The notes under the pieces: model-generated
What the model saw: the letters and a program-made list of their open reading frames with translations, nothing else
Databases searched by the model: none
Told to the model about the DNA's origin: nothing
Shown here: piece after piece, positions 41,446 through 50,760 of the stretch
Numbering within the stretch: the first letter of the stretch is position 1
Layout of the letters: the number at the start of each line of letters is the position of its first letter
Translations under genes and position numbers: made by a program
From: an uncultured Acidobacteriota bacterium
Lineage (GTDB): Bacteria > Acidobacteriota > Thermoanaerobaculia > Multivoradales > JAHEKO01
Direction: 5' to 3'
Length of the DNA stretch: 64,000 bases
Assembly: GCA_963713825.1 (NCBI GenBank)
Contig: CAVQNG010000003.1
Coordinates: 416,001 to 480,000 of the forward strand

Positions 41446-42650
41446 AGATCCGTGAGCCGATCCTGGTTCTCCTGCTGATGGTGGTGGGAGCCACCACGCT
41501 GTTCACCTTCTTTCACCGCCAGATGGCAGGAGCCTCGCTGGCCTTCGGGACACAGCCGGAAGTCCTACAAGCCCTTTCCGCGTCCCTGGAAGATCAACGG
41601 CAACTCGCCCGGTTGGACCCTGCCGGTGAGACGACCTATCGGCAGCACTTCGACGAGTTGGAGACAACGCTGCACCGGCTGCAGATTCTCGAGCAGAGCC
41701 GCGAGGAGCTCACGCGGCGTTATGAGCTCCTCCTGCTCGGACTCACCGGACTGAGCGTGATTCTGGTCGCCGGTGGCTACGTCCTTCTCCAGGCTCGACA
41801 ACAGGCCCGGCTCAGTCGGGTCGATACCGCAATCACGGCGCTAGCAGAAGGTCGCACCGACCTGAAGGTGGGAATTCAGGGTCGCGACACGGCTGGCCGA
41901 ATCGCCGCGATGATTGAACGCACATCGAAAGCGATGGCTCTCGACCGGCAGCGGCTCGCAGCGTTACGGAACCTCTCCGCCTGGCAGGAGGCCTCTCGCC
42001 GACAGGCGCACGAAATGAGGACTCCACTCACCGGTCTCCAGCTCGAGCTCGACCGTCTCGATGAATTGCTCATTCAGCTAGGCGCCAATCGAAACGTCCG
42101 CGACCGATTGGACAGCGCCCGGCAGGAGCTCGGACGCCTCGCAGATTTCACCACCGGCTTTGCAGGTTTCGCAAGGCTTCCCGAACCCAAGAAGCGGGAC
42201 CACGATCTAGTCGCCCTCGTCACCGAGTTCATCGACACCTATCGGGAGGCCTGGCCTGAAGTCGACCTGCGTTACCCATCTTCAGAGCTGATCAGCGCCC
42301 AGGTCGACCGGGATCTCATCCGTCAGGTCCTGGTCAACCTGTGCGACAACGCGGCCCAGGCGGGGGCGCAATCGATTACCGTCGAAACCACCAAGGACAC
42401 GAGCAACGTTGTGGTCGAGGTCGCCGACGACGGCGGCGGAGTCGACGCAACGGTCGCAACACGCCTATTCGAGCCCTACGCGACGACTCGCGATCTTGGA
42501 CAGGGCATGGGTCTGGGCCTTGCCATCAGCAAGAAGGTCCTCCTCGACCACGGGGGGGACATCGAGCTCGTTGCGACCTCGAGCGCTGGCACGATTTTCA
42601 GGCTGACCCTTCCAAGGACCTCCGACACTCAGAAGGAAGCCACCTCATGA
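41442..42650 (+). CDS. NtrY-like membrane sensor histidine kinase
   Basis: Two TM helices, HAMP-like segment, AWQEASRRQAHEMRTPL, LVNLCDNA, DDGGG, GMGLGL. Confidence 0.9.
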   Translation: MKIREPILVLLLMVVGATTLFTFFHRQMAGASLAFGTQPEVLQALSASLEDQRQLARLDPAGETTYRQHFDELETTLHRLQILEQSREELTRRYELLLLGLTGLSVILVAGGYVLLQARQQARLSRVDTAITALAEGRTDLKVGIQGRDTAGRIAAMIERTSKAMALDRQRLAALRNLSAWQEASRRQAHEMRTPLTGLQLELDRLDELLIQLGANRNVRDRLDSARQELGRLADFTTGFAGFARLPEPKKRDHDLVALVTEFIDTYREAWPEVDLRYPSSELISAQVDRDLIRQVLVNLCDNAAQAGAQSITVETTKDTSNVVVEVADDGGGVDATVATRLFEPYATTRDLGQGMGLGLAISKKVLLDHGGDIELVATSSAGTIFRLTLPRTSDTQKEATS

Positions 42651-44014
42651 CCTCGGTCCTCATTGTCGAAGACGATCCAAAGATCCGCGCCACGCTCCTG
42701 TTTCAACTTCGCGAGGAGGGCTTCGCTCCCGAAGGAGTCACCAGTGCCGAAAACGCTCTCCAGGAGATGAACAGTGCACTTCCTGACCTCCTGATACTCG
42801 ACGTCCGACTGCCAGGGATGAGTGGTGTTGAGCTAGTGCATCAGCTGGTTAAAGAAGAGAGGCTACCGCCGACGGTTATCATCTCGGGCGAAGCCTCCAT
42901 CAGCGAAACGGTGGAAGCGCTTCAACTCGGTGTTCACGAGTTCATCGAGAAGCCGTTCTCGAAGGAGCGCCTGCTCCGGTCCATCACCAACACCCTCGAG
43001 CACAACTGCCTGCGCCAACGCGTGGCAGCACTCGAGACCGAGCTCGGTATCGACCGGGAGATTCTCGGAGACTCCGAAGCGATTGGCCGTCTTCGAGAGC
43101 AGATTACTCGAGTGGCGCTCACCGACGCCCGGGTTCTGATTCGCGGCGAGAGTGGGACCGGCAAGGAGCTCATCGCCGACGCCATCCACCGCGGTAGCTC
43201 GAGAAGCGAGCGGCCCTTCGTCAAGGTGAACTGCGCCGCGCTGCCCCCCCATCTCATCGAGGACGAGCTCTTCGGCCATCTTCGAGGGGCCTTCACGGAC
43301 GCGAGGCGCGACAAGCCGGGCCTTTTCGAGGTGGCTGACGGTGGAACGCTCTTCCTCGACGAAATCGGTGACATGGAGCTGGCGCTTCAGAGTCGCCTCC
43401 TGCGTGTGCTCGAGGACGGCAAAGTCCGCCGCCTGGGAGACACAAGGGAGCGCACCGTGGACGTGAGAATCGTCACGGCTACACATACCGACCTCGAAGC
43501 TGCGGTGGGTGATGGGCGATTCCGTGAGGATCTCTATTTCCGACTGGCCCACGTGCCCTTGGAGGTTCCTCCTTTGCGGGAACGGACCGGGGACATCGCC
43601 CTGCTCTTCAAACACTTCCTCAGGATTCACAGTCGGAGGCAGCGGCGCGCCGAGCTCGGCTTCGAATCGACGGTTCTCGAGCAGCTCGAGACGCTCGCTT
43701 GGCCCGGGAATGTCCGCGAGCTGTCGAACCTTTGCGAACGACTCGTCGTCTTCGCTGCCGACCCCGTTACTGTGGAGCAGCTACCGGAGCGCTATCGGAT
43801 CCGAGCCAAGGAACTGCCAGGCAACGGCCTGTCAGCCCTGGAGCCCAGTGCGCCGATCCTGCCCTTGCGTGACCTTCGTAGCCTCGTCGAACGCGAGTAC
43901 ATCGAGCGCGTGCTTCATCACACGGCCGGCAATATCACCGCAGCGGCCAAGCTCCTGGGTCTTCAAAGGTCCTATCTTTACGAAAAGATGGCCAAGCTCG
44001 GCCTACGACCCTAA
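42647..44014 (+). CDS. sigma54-dependent response regulator (NtrC/NtrX family)
   Basis: VEDD/ILDV receiver, GESGTGKE, GAFTDA, LFLDEIG, WPGNVREL, C-terminal Fis-type HTH. Confidence 0.95.
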   Translation: MTSVLIVEDDPKIRATLLFQLREEGFAPEGVTSAENALQEMNSALPDLLILDVRLPGMSGVELVHQLVKEERLPPTVIISGEASISETVEALQLGVHEFIEKPFSKERLLRSITNTLEHNCLRQRVAALETELGIDREILGDSEAIGRLREQITRVALTDARVLIRGESGTGKELIADAIHRGSSRSERPFVKVNCAALPPHLIEDELFGHLRGAFTDARRDKPGLFEVADGGTLFLDEIGDMELALQSRLLRVLEDGKVRRLGDTRERTVDVRIVTATHTDLEAAVGDGRFREDLYFRLAHVPLEVPPLRERTGDIALLFKHFLRIHSRRQRRAELGFESTVLEQLETLAWPGNVRELSNLCERLVVFAADPVTVEQLPERYRIRAKELPGNGLSALEPSAPILPLRDLRSLVEREYIERVLHHTAGNITAAAKLLGLQRSYLYEKMAKLGLRP

Positions 44015-44078
44015 CGACGAGGTATCGCTCTCCACGAGGCCTCGCCTCCAGGTGACGCTTACGCAGGTTTCCAGTTGC

Positions 44079-44696
44079 TCAATCGAAACAAATGCCCCGC
44101 TTCACAGCCTCCGCGATCATTTGTCCTCGGCAAATCTCGTACTTCTCCGCGCTGATATCCAGATCGAAACTCACTGTCTGGTCTCCACGACACTTCAGTC
44201 TCTTGGTCCAGCAGAAGTATTCACTGATCGCCGGAAGATGGACCACACCAACACCCCCCCACCTGCACGCCTCCTCGAGTCCGACATACCATCCCGTTAG
44301 GACGACTTTTGGACCGTCGAAGTCCTCGCACCATTCGGGATCATCCGTGCCGGAGCTCGGGTAGGGGAGATCCTGGATCTCCTCATCTGTCCAGCATGGA
44401 CACTCCGAAGAGGTCGGGACGCCCGGCATGTCAGGGTCTCCCTCCTCCATCCGGTCCCAGTAATTCTCCAGAATACTTCGAGATTCCGGCCTGCACACTT
44501 CGAAGGGATCTTCCAGCGTCCAGTTCGGTGCGCATGGATATTCCCAGTAGTCCATGCAGAGCTCGAGGAGTCCAGGGGTCCCTCCCCGGAGGTCTTCACA
44601 CAGTCTCTCGCCAACGACCCCCGCAAGCATCACCGATGGCAACGCAAGACCGAGTCCACCAAGCGCCAGGGCTGTTACAAACTTCTTCATCGTCAT
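44079..44696 (-). CDS. Exported cysteine-rich hypothetical protein (12 Cys)
   Basis: MTMKKFVTALALGG signal peptide, AGGGAAGGGGG RBS, acidic, with a CPCW motif. Confidence 0.75.
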   Translation of the reverse strand: MTMKKFVTALALGGLGLALPSVMLAGVVGERLCEDLRGGTPGLLELCMDYWEYPCAPNWTLEDPFEVCRPESRSILENYWDRMEEGDPDMPGVPTSSECPCWTDEEIQDLPYPSSGTDDPEWCEDFDGPKVVLTGWYVGLEEACRWGGVGVVHLPAISEYFCWTKRLKCRGDQTVSFDLDISAEKYEICRGQMIAEAVKRGICFD

Positions 44697-44743
44697 CCCC
44701 CTTCCCTGCAAATTCAACCGTGACCGGTTCCCGGACTCCAACT

Positions 44744-44758
44744 GCAAGATCACAGCCA
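44744..44758 (-). promoter_or_regulatory. sigma54 promoter candidate
   Basis: Minus strand TGGCTGTGATCTTGC (GG-N10-GC), 47 bp upstream of ATG 44696. Confidence 0.65.
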
Positions 44759-44761
44759 AAC

Positions 44762-44796
44762 CCCAGATGCCCAGATGGCCCAGATGGCCCAGATGG
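44762..44796. repeat. 9-bp tandem repeat (CCCAGATGG) x ~4
   Basis: One 8-bp unit followed by three perfect 9-bp units. Confidence 0.9.
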
Positions 44797-44954
44797 AACG
44801 AATCATTGCTTGGTTTAGGTTTCGGAAGCTCTTCCCGTCTAAAGGCAACACGCTGTCTAGGAGGTTCAGCCATCAAGAGAGCGACGATGCTTCTCGGAAT
44901 GGGAAAGGGGTTGCCAGCGCCAGCCGGCCTTACACCTCCGACTCACTGCTGACT

Positions 44955-44992
44955 TGTCTGGCGCACCGCACATCTGTCGCTAAAACCAGACA
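44955..44992. promoter_or_regulatory. Second tandem palindromic enhancer candidate
   Basis: TGTCTG-gcgcac-CGCACA-tc-TGTCGC-taaaac-CAGACA, same layout as 38547-38584. Confidence 0.7.
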
Positions 44993-45032
44993 GGTCGGAA
45001 GACTTCGTAGACAATTCTGAGGCACCTTCATG

Positions 45033-45255
45033 GGACCGCGGGCATTGAGTCCCAGCTACTCAATAGGGAGAAAGTATCCCAAAGTGTCAGCGATGTCCTG
45101 AGGTCAATGTGTCAACCATGTCCCGAGGTTGTACACCTTGCGGGCGCCCTCGGGAGGGGGCAAGCCCCTCCCCGTTCACCCTGATAGTCACAACACCTGA
45201 CCACGAAGCGACGGGGCTTCGCGGTCAAGGGGGATTGTTGTGGTCGATGCTCAAC
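45033..45255 (+). repeat. Composite intergenic module, copy 4
   Basis: GGACCGCGGGCATTGAGT..ACTCAATAGGGAGAAAG, partial REP, GTCACAACACCTGACCACGAAGCGACGGGGCTT..GATTGTTGTGGTCGATGC. Confidence 0.9.
45081..45135. mobile_element. Isolated IS end, IS481-family-like
   Basis: Two tandem ~21-bp units (GTGTCAGCGATGTCCTGAGGT, GTGTCAACCATGTCCCGAGGT) ending in TGTACA; no transposase present. Confidence 0.55.
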
Positions 45256-45363
45256 AGCGGCGAGACTGCCCCACGCAAGGATCAGGGAAGACCCTCACCT
45301 CCTGGGACCACTTGAACGGCACTTCGTTGGCTCCAAGAGAACCGCAGATTCGTGAAACATTGC

Positions 45364-45396
45364 CCTGACCGCGGTCGTAATATGACCAGGGTCAGG
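45364..45396. promoter_or_regulatory. Candidate TetR operator pair around a -10-like box
   Basis: Palindromes GACCGCGGTC and TGACCAGGGTCA flank TAATAT, ~90 bp upstream of the TetR gene. Confidence 0.55.
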
Positions 45397-45487
45397 AAAT
45401 GGGCAAGCTCATTCATCCACCGAACGCGCCTACCGGGAACCGAGTGTCCCCGCATCCTGGCTCCCCCGTAGAAAGGAGTCGGAATCG

Positions 45488-46090
45488 ATGAACCCTAGTT
45501 GGAGACAGCAACAGAAAGCACATCTCGAACAACAACTCTACGAGGTCGCCCTCCAGCTGTTCCGCGATCAGGGCTACGAGCACACCACGGTGCAGCAGAT
45601 CACCGATCAGGTCGGTGTCGCCAAGAGCACGTTCTTCAACCACTTCCCAAGCAAAGAACATGTAGTAGTCCTCTGGTACCGCCGCCTGACCCTCGACAGC
45701 CTCGCCGAGTTGGAGAAACAACGTCACGCCAGCGCTCTGGAGGCGATAACCGCCCTGACGGATGCGTTGGCGGTACGGGCGGTAGCGGAGCCGAAGCTGG
45801 TAGCGGTCAAGGCCCGAATCGTCGCCGCCAGCGATCTGCTGTCTGGCGAGGAGGTCACACTGGACTCTCAGCTGCTGGCGTTCTGCCGGGAACAGATTTC
45901 CCAAGCCATCGAGAGGGGAGAGCTGACAACCGATCTCGACACCGAGATGCTAGCCGCCCTCATCCTGACGACGATCACCGGGACATCCCACGAGTGGGTG
46001 ATCTCGCGGCATGGCTTCGACCTGCGTGAAGCGCTCGAGAATCGTGTCGCCTTCCTCTTTCGGGCCGCGACCCGAAGCTGCAGCCAGTGA
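45488..46090 (+). CDS. TetR/AcrR family regulator
   Basis: ALQLFRDQGYEHTTVQQIT..VAKSTFFNHFPSKE. Confidence 0.93.
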   Translation: MNPSWRQQQKAHLEQQLYEVALQLFRDQGYEHTTVQQITDQVGVAKSTFFNHFPSKEHVVVLWYRRLTLDSLAELEKQRHASALEAITALTDALAVRAVAEPKLVAVKARIVAASDLLSGEEVTLDSQLLAFCREQISQAIERGELTTDLDTEMLAALILTTITGTSHEWVISRHGFDLREALENRVAFLFRAATRSCSQ

Positions 46091-46114
46091 ATCGGACCCA
46101 CGGAGAGAGATGCT

Positions 46115-46963
46115 ATGTTCAGAGAAATTCTCCGCTTCGAGATCGCCTACCATCTCAACCACCGGCTCTTCTACTGCACGGCTGCAGTCCTGTTCCTCTT
46201 CGCCCTGGGGTTGATGAGCAGCGATCTGGGGGTGTTGTTCAGTCACTCGCCTGCCAGGGTGGCTCGCAACGCGCCTTACGTCATCGTCAAGCTGCAGGCC
46301 GGGCTGAGCTCACTGGGCCTGTTGGTGATTCCGGCCTTTGTCGCCAGCTCCATCCTCCGCGACTTCAAGCATGGGACGCACCCACTCTTCTTCAGCAAAC
46401 CCATCCGGAAACTCGACTATCTCCTAGGCCGCTTCTCCGGCTCGATGTTGATCTCCTTGGCGCTCTTCGTGAGTACCGCTCTCGGCTTGCTCGTGGGAAG
46501 CATCGCACCGTGGCAGGAGGCGGCTCGTGTCGGGCCTTTCCTGATCGCCCCCTATGCTGAGGGCCTGGCGCTTCTTGTCGTGCCCAATCTGCTGGTCATG
46601 GGGGCGATCTTCTTCACGGTCACCAGCTTGAGCCGCAGCATGCTGTTCACCTACGTGTGCGTCGTGGTCTTCGTCTCTCTCCAGGATTACGCGGAGATCC
46701 TGGCCAAGGAGCTCGAAAGCGGCTTGCTGGGAAGCTTGATCGAGCCGCTGGGCATCGCCGCTCTCGAGACCACGTCCAGGTACTGGACTGTCGCCGAGTA
46801 CGACACCGCCCTACCCGGGCTGTCGTGGCCGCTGTTCTGCAACCGCCTGGTCTGGCTCGCAGTCGGCATCGTGACCTTCGCCGTGGGCTATTCGGTTTTC
46901 AGCTATAGCCGGGCTACCGCCAGATCGTGGCGGTCTCGCCGGCGCAGACAGGCGGCATCGTGA
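46115..46963 (+). CDS. ABC-2 type permease (N-terminal part of a permease/M1 peptidase fusion)
   Basis: MFREILRFE, SSILRDF, PIRKLDYLLGRF, NRLVWL; stops in the linker region. Confidence 0.8.
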   Translation: MFREILRFEIAYHLNHRLFYCTAAVLFLFALGLMSSDLGVLFSHSPARVARNAPYVIVKLQAGLSSLGLLVIPAFVASSILRDFKHGTHPLFFSKPIRKLDYLLGRFSGSMLISLALFVSTALGLLVGSIAPWQEAARVGPFLIAPYAEGLALLVVPNLLVMGAIFFTVTSLSRSMLFTYVCVVVFVSLQDYAEILAKELESGLLGSLIEPLGIAALETTSRYWTVAEYDTALPGLSWPLFCNRLVWLAVGIVTFAVGYSVFSYSRATARSWRSRRRRQAAS

Positions 46964-49722
46964 CCAGACCCTCCCCTGTTCCGGGTACGAAGAGCGATTT
47001 CGGTGGCGGCACTGCGTGGCGTCAACTGCTTCACCGAACGCGACTGGAGGCCGCCGAAGTCCTGTGGGGCGCGCCGTTCCTCGTCCTGCTACTCCTCGGC
47101 CTGACGGTTGTCGTCTCCTTTGCGTTGATCGTCGGGGAGAACCGGGGGGCCTCGGTCTATCCGCTCACCTACATGATGCTCCGGGGTCTGGGAACCGGTC
47201 TGCAGATGTTCCTGGTCATCACCGTCGTATTCCTGAGTGGTGAGATGGTGCACCGGGAACGCAGCCTGGAGATGTCCCAGGTGTGCGATGCCCTGCCGGT
47301 ACCGACCTGGGTCTTCCTCGGCTCCAAGCTCTTGACGCTGATCGTCGTAGTGGCTGTGTTCATCGCCGCCGGCATCGTCTCGACGGTAGGGGTACAGATC
47401 TCTCGCGGGTATTTCCATCTCGAACCCAGCCTCTATGCCAGAGGCTTCCTGGCCATCGCGGTGCCGTGCATGCTCCTGGCTGTCCTCAGCCTCTGCATCC
47501 AGGTCCTGGCGAACAACAAGTTCCTCGGCTATCTCCTGATGGTGGTCGTTCTCGGACTTCGCTACGGGATGCCGCTCCTCGGCTACGAGCACTACCTCTT
47601 GCGCTATGGCGCATCTCCCGGGCTCTCCTACTCCGACATGAACGGCTACGGCCACTTCGCAGAGCCGTTTCTCTGGTTCAATCTCTACTGGGGCTTCGCT
47701 GCCATCATCCTCCTCGCGCTGTCGACGCTCTTCTGGGTGCGGGGAACCGACTCCTCCTTTGGGAGCAGGATCTCCGCGGCGCGCCGGCGTTGGTCGGGGC
47801 CGGTACGGATCGTCGTAGCGGTGGCTGCACTCGGCCTGGTGGCGTCCGGTGCCTACATCTTCTACAACACCAACATCCTGAACGACTACACACCCCGTTC
47901 CCGTCGCATCGAGCGGCTCGCCGACTACGAAAGGAAGTATCGGCAGCATGAGAACGCTCCGTTGCCACGCATCACCGCCATTCAGGCCGATGTGGACATC
48001 TTTCCCGAGGAGCGCCGGCTGGCGGTACGAGGCACCTACCGCATCGAGAACCGCGGCGTCGAGCCGATACGGCTGCTGCCTATGACCCTGTCTCCGCGCA
48101 TGGATCTCGACGTCCTCCCGCTGAGCGGTGGGATAACCCTCGAGCGATTCGACGCGGGCGGGCAGAGCGTGATCGAGGCCGATGAGGAGCTGGGGTTCTA
48201 CCTGTACCAACTCGACAGAGCCCTGGCGCCGGGGGAGGCCCGAGAGCTCTCATTCGAGGTGACCGCCGTCAACCAGGGGTTCAAGAACAGCAGGCCCAAC
48301 AATCTGGTCGTAGGCAACGGCACCCTCTTCACCAACCGCAGCTTCTTTCCGACCCTGGGATATGCCCCCACCAACGAGCTCCGCAGCACCAGGCACCGGA
48401 GCCGGCAGGGCCTGCCGCCGCTGCTGCGAATGGCATCCGTGGACGATGTGGCAGCGCGAGACGAAAACTACCTCCACGCCGACTGGGTCGAGTTCGAGAC
48501 CACCGTGTCGACCTCCGTCGACCAGATCGCCCTGGCCCCGGGCCACCTCGAGAAGGAGTGGGTCGAAGGCGAACGGCGCTACTTCCAGTATCGAGCCGAG
48601 GCCCCCATCATCAACTTCGTGGTCTACATGTCGGCGGAGTACGAAGTGCGGCGGGACCGTTGGCGAGACGTGGAGATCGAGGTGTACCACCACCCGAGTC
48701 ACTCCTTCAACATCGATCGCATGGTCGCGGCCAGCAAGAGCGCTCTCGAATACCTCTCCTCGAGCCTGGGGCCCTATCCTCACAGCCAGCTGCGCATCGT
48801 CGAGGTACCCAACTACATCGGCCTCACCGCGTTCTCCCTCGCCGGGACCATCCCGTTCTCCGAATCGTGGGGCTTCATCATGCGGCATGGTGACGACGAC
48901 ATCGACTTCACCACCGAGGTGGTGGCGCACGAGATCGCTCACCAGTGGTGGAACCACCAGGTGATCCCGGGCAATGTGCAGGGTGCGACGATGATCGCGG
49001 AGACCCTCTCCCAGTACGCCGGTGTGATGGTGCTGGAAAAGGCCTTCGGCCAGGGGATGGTGAACCGGTACCTCGCGACTGAGCTCGACCGCTATCTGGC
49101 CGGCCGAGGGGACGAGGAGATTCAGGAGATGCCGTTGCTACTGGTTGAGAACCAGCCGTACATCCACTACTTCAAGGGTAGCCTCGTCATGTATGCCCTG
49201 AAGGACTACATCGGAGAGCAGGCGCTCAATCGGGCGCTGCAGACCTTCTTCGAGGCCAACGTCTTCAAGGGACCGCCCTACCCAACCTCGGTCGAGCTCC
49301 TGCACCACCTCCGGGGGGTTGTGCCGGAGCAGTACCAGTCCGTGATCGAGGATATGTTCGAGACCATCACACACTTTGACAACAGAGCCGTGGAGGCCAC
49401 TTCCAGCGAACAGGCGGACGGCACCTATCTGGTCAAGCTGCAGACGATATCCAGAAAGCTGCGAACCAACGAGGACGGAACGGATGCCGAGATCCCCATC
49501 GACGACTGGATCGACATCGGCGTCTTCGGCGACAACGAGAGCGACAGCGGGGCCGGGCTCATCGAGTTGATGAACGAGAAGCGCCTCATCACCGAACCCA
49601 ACATGACCTTCGAAGTGCTGGTTCACCAACGTCCGGTGCAAGCCGGTATCGACCCCTACCACAGACTCATCGATCGTGACTCGAAGGACAACCTAGTCAG
49701 AGTATCCATCGCACCTCAGTGA
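46960..49722 (+). CDS. ABC-2 permease plus M1 aminopeptidase domain
   Basis: TM block, YSDMNGYGHF, VAHEIAHQWW (HEXXH), AETLSQY, GIDPYHRLIDR; GTG overlaps the upstream TGA. Confidence 0.85.
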   Translation: MTRPSPVPGTKSDFGGGTAWRQLLHRTRLEAAEVLWGAPFLVLLLLGLTVVVSFALIVGENRGASVYPLTYMMLRGLGTGLQMFLVITVVFLSGEMVHRERSLEMSQVCDALPVPTWVFLGSKLLTLIVVVAVFIAAGIVSTVGVQISRGYFHLEPSLYARGFLAIAVPCMLLAVLSLCIQVLANNKFLGYLLMVVVLGLRYGMPLLGYEHYLLRYGASPGLSYSDMNGYGHFAEPFLWFNLYWGFAAIILLALSTLFWVRGTDSSFGSRISAARRRWSGPVRIVVAVAALGLVASGAYIFYNTNILNDYTPRSRRIERLADYERKYRQHENAPLPRITAIQADVDIFPEERRLAVRGTYRIENRGVEPIRLLPMTLSPRMDLDVLPLSGGITLERFDAGGQSVIEADEELGFYLYQLDRALAPGEARELSFEVTAVNQGFKNSRPNNLVVGNGTLFTNRSFFPTLGYAPTNELRSTRHRSRQGLPPLLRMASVDDVAARDENYLHADWVEFETTVSTSVDQIALAPGHLEKEWVEGERRYFQYRAEAPIINFVVYMSAEYEVRRDRWRDVEIEVYHHPSHSFNIDRMVAASKSALEYLSSSLGPYPHSQLRIVEVPNYIGLTAFSLAGTIPFSESWGFIMRHGDDDIDFTTEVVAHEIAHQWWNHQVIPGNVQGATMIAETLSQYAGVMVLEKAFGQGMVNRYLATELDRYLAGRGDEEIQEMPLLLVENQPYIHYFKGSLVMYALKDYIGEQALNRALQTFFEANVFKGPPYPTSVELLHHLRGVVPEQYQSVIEDMFETITHFDNRAVEATSSEQADGTYLVKLQTISRKLRTNEDGTDAEIPIDDWIDIGVFGDNESDSGAGLIELMNEKRLITEPNMTFEVLVHQRPVQAGIDPYHRLIDRDSKDNLVRVSIAPQ

Positions 49723-49741
49723 ATGGGCAGGAGAAAGCGCC

Positions 49742-50626
49742 ATGTTGACGATCAGCAACCTCTCGAAGATGTACCCCAACGGCGTCCGCGCACTGCAGGA
49801 CGTCAGCCTGGAGATCCCGAAAGGCATGTTCGGCCTGCTCGGGCCCAACGGCGCCGGCAAATCGACCCTGATGCGCACACTCGCGACCCTTCAGGAGAGC
49901 GACACCGGCTCGATCCATCTGACCGAGGAACAACTCGATGTGAGCCGCGACAAGAACGAGGTGCGCAAGATCCTCGGCTACCTGCCTCAGGAGTTCGGGC
50001 TCTATCCCAGGATCTCCGCAGAAGCGCTACTCGACCATTTCGCCATCCTCAAAGGCATCACGGACAGCACCCATCGGAAACAGGCCGTCGAAGGTCTGCT
50101 CCGGAGGACCAACCTCTGGGATGTTCGCACCCAGAAGCTGGGGACCTACTCAGGCGGTATGCGACAGCGCTTCGGTATTGCCCAGGCCCTGCTCGGCGAC
50201 CCGAAGCTGATCATCGTTGACGAGCCCACTGCCGGCCTCGACCCCGAGGAGCGCCGCCGTTTCCTCAACCTGTTGAGCGAGATCGGCGAGAACGTGGTGG
50301 TGATCCTCTCGACCCACATCGTCGACGACGTCAGCGAGCTGTGCACCCGGGTGGCCATCATCGACCACGGCCGTGTGCTCCTGACCGGGGATCCCCGCGA
50401 CCTGATCTCACAGCTCGAAGGCAAGATCTGGAGCTCGGCAATGGACAAGGGTGAGGCAGAGAAGCTCGCCAACACGATGACTGTCCTCTCCACACGCCAG
50501 GTTGCAGGACAGAAAGTCGTCCGTGTACTCGGCTCGGAGGCGCCGGGGCACGGTTTCGAGCCCGTGCCTCCTGATCTCGAGGACGTCTACTTCGCAGCGC
50601 TCAAGAACGCGTGGCCCGGGGTCTGA
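49742..50626 (+). CDS. ABC transporter ATP-binding protein
   Basis: GPNGAGKS, YSGGMRQR, IIVDEPTAGLD, STH. Confidence 0.95.
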   Translation: MLTISNLSKMYPNGVRALQDVSLEIPKGMFGLLGPNGAGKSTLMRTLATLQESDTGSIHLTEEQLDVSRDKNEVRKILGYLPQEFGLYPRISAEALLDHFAILKGITDSTHRKQAVEGLLRRTNLWDVRTQKLGTYSGGMRQRFGIAQALLGDPKLIIVDEPTAGLDPEERRRFLNLLSEIGENVVVILSTHIVDDVSELCTRVAIIDHGRVLLTGDPRDLISQLEGKIWSSAMDKGEAEKLANTMTVLSTRQVAGQKVVRVLGSEAPGHGFEPVPPDLEDVYFAALKNAWPGV

Positions 50627-50639
50627 ACCTTTCGCCTAT

Positions 50640-50711
50640 CGCGGCGGCAAAGGTGAGGCTTATCGCTCCGAGAACACGAAGCTCGGACACGTTGTGGCGA
50701 TCAAGGCACTG
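50640..50711 (+). pseudogene. Ser/Thr kinase N-terminal stub
   Basis: RGGKGEAYRSENTKLGHVVAIKAL versus EGGMGEVYRAEDTKLKREVALKVL in the kinase at 15361. Confidence 0.75.
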
Positions 50712-50760
50712 AATGATTGCGCAGCGAGTGGCTAGGCGGATTGGAACATTCTGCTGGCAT

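Noticed and set aside
47089-48210. 373-aa minus-strand ORF
   Set aside because: Antisense shadow of the permease/peptidase gene.
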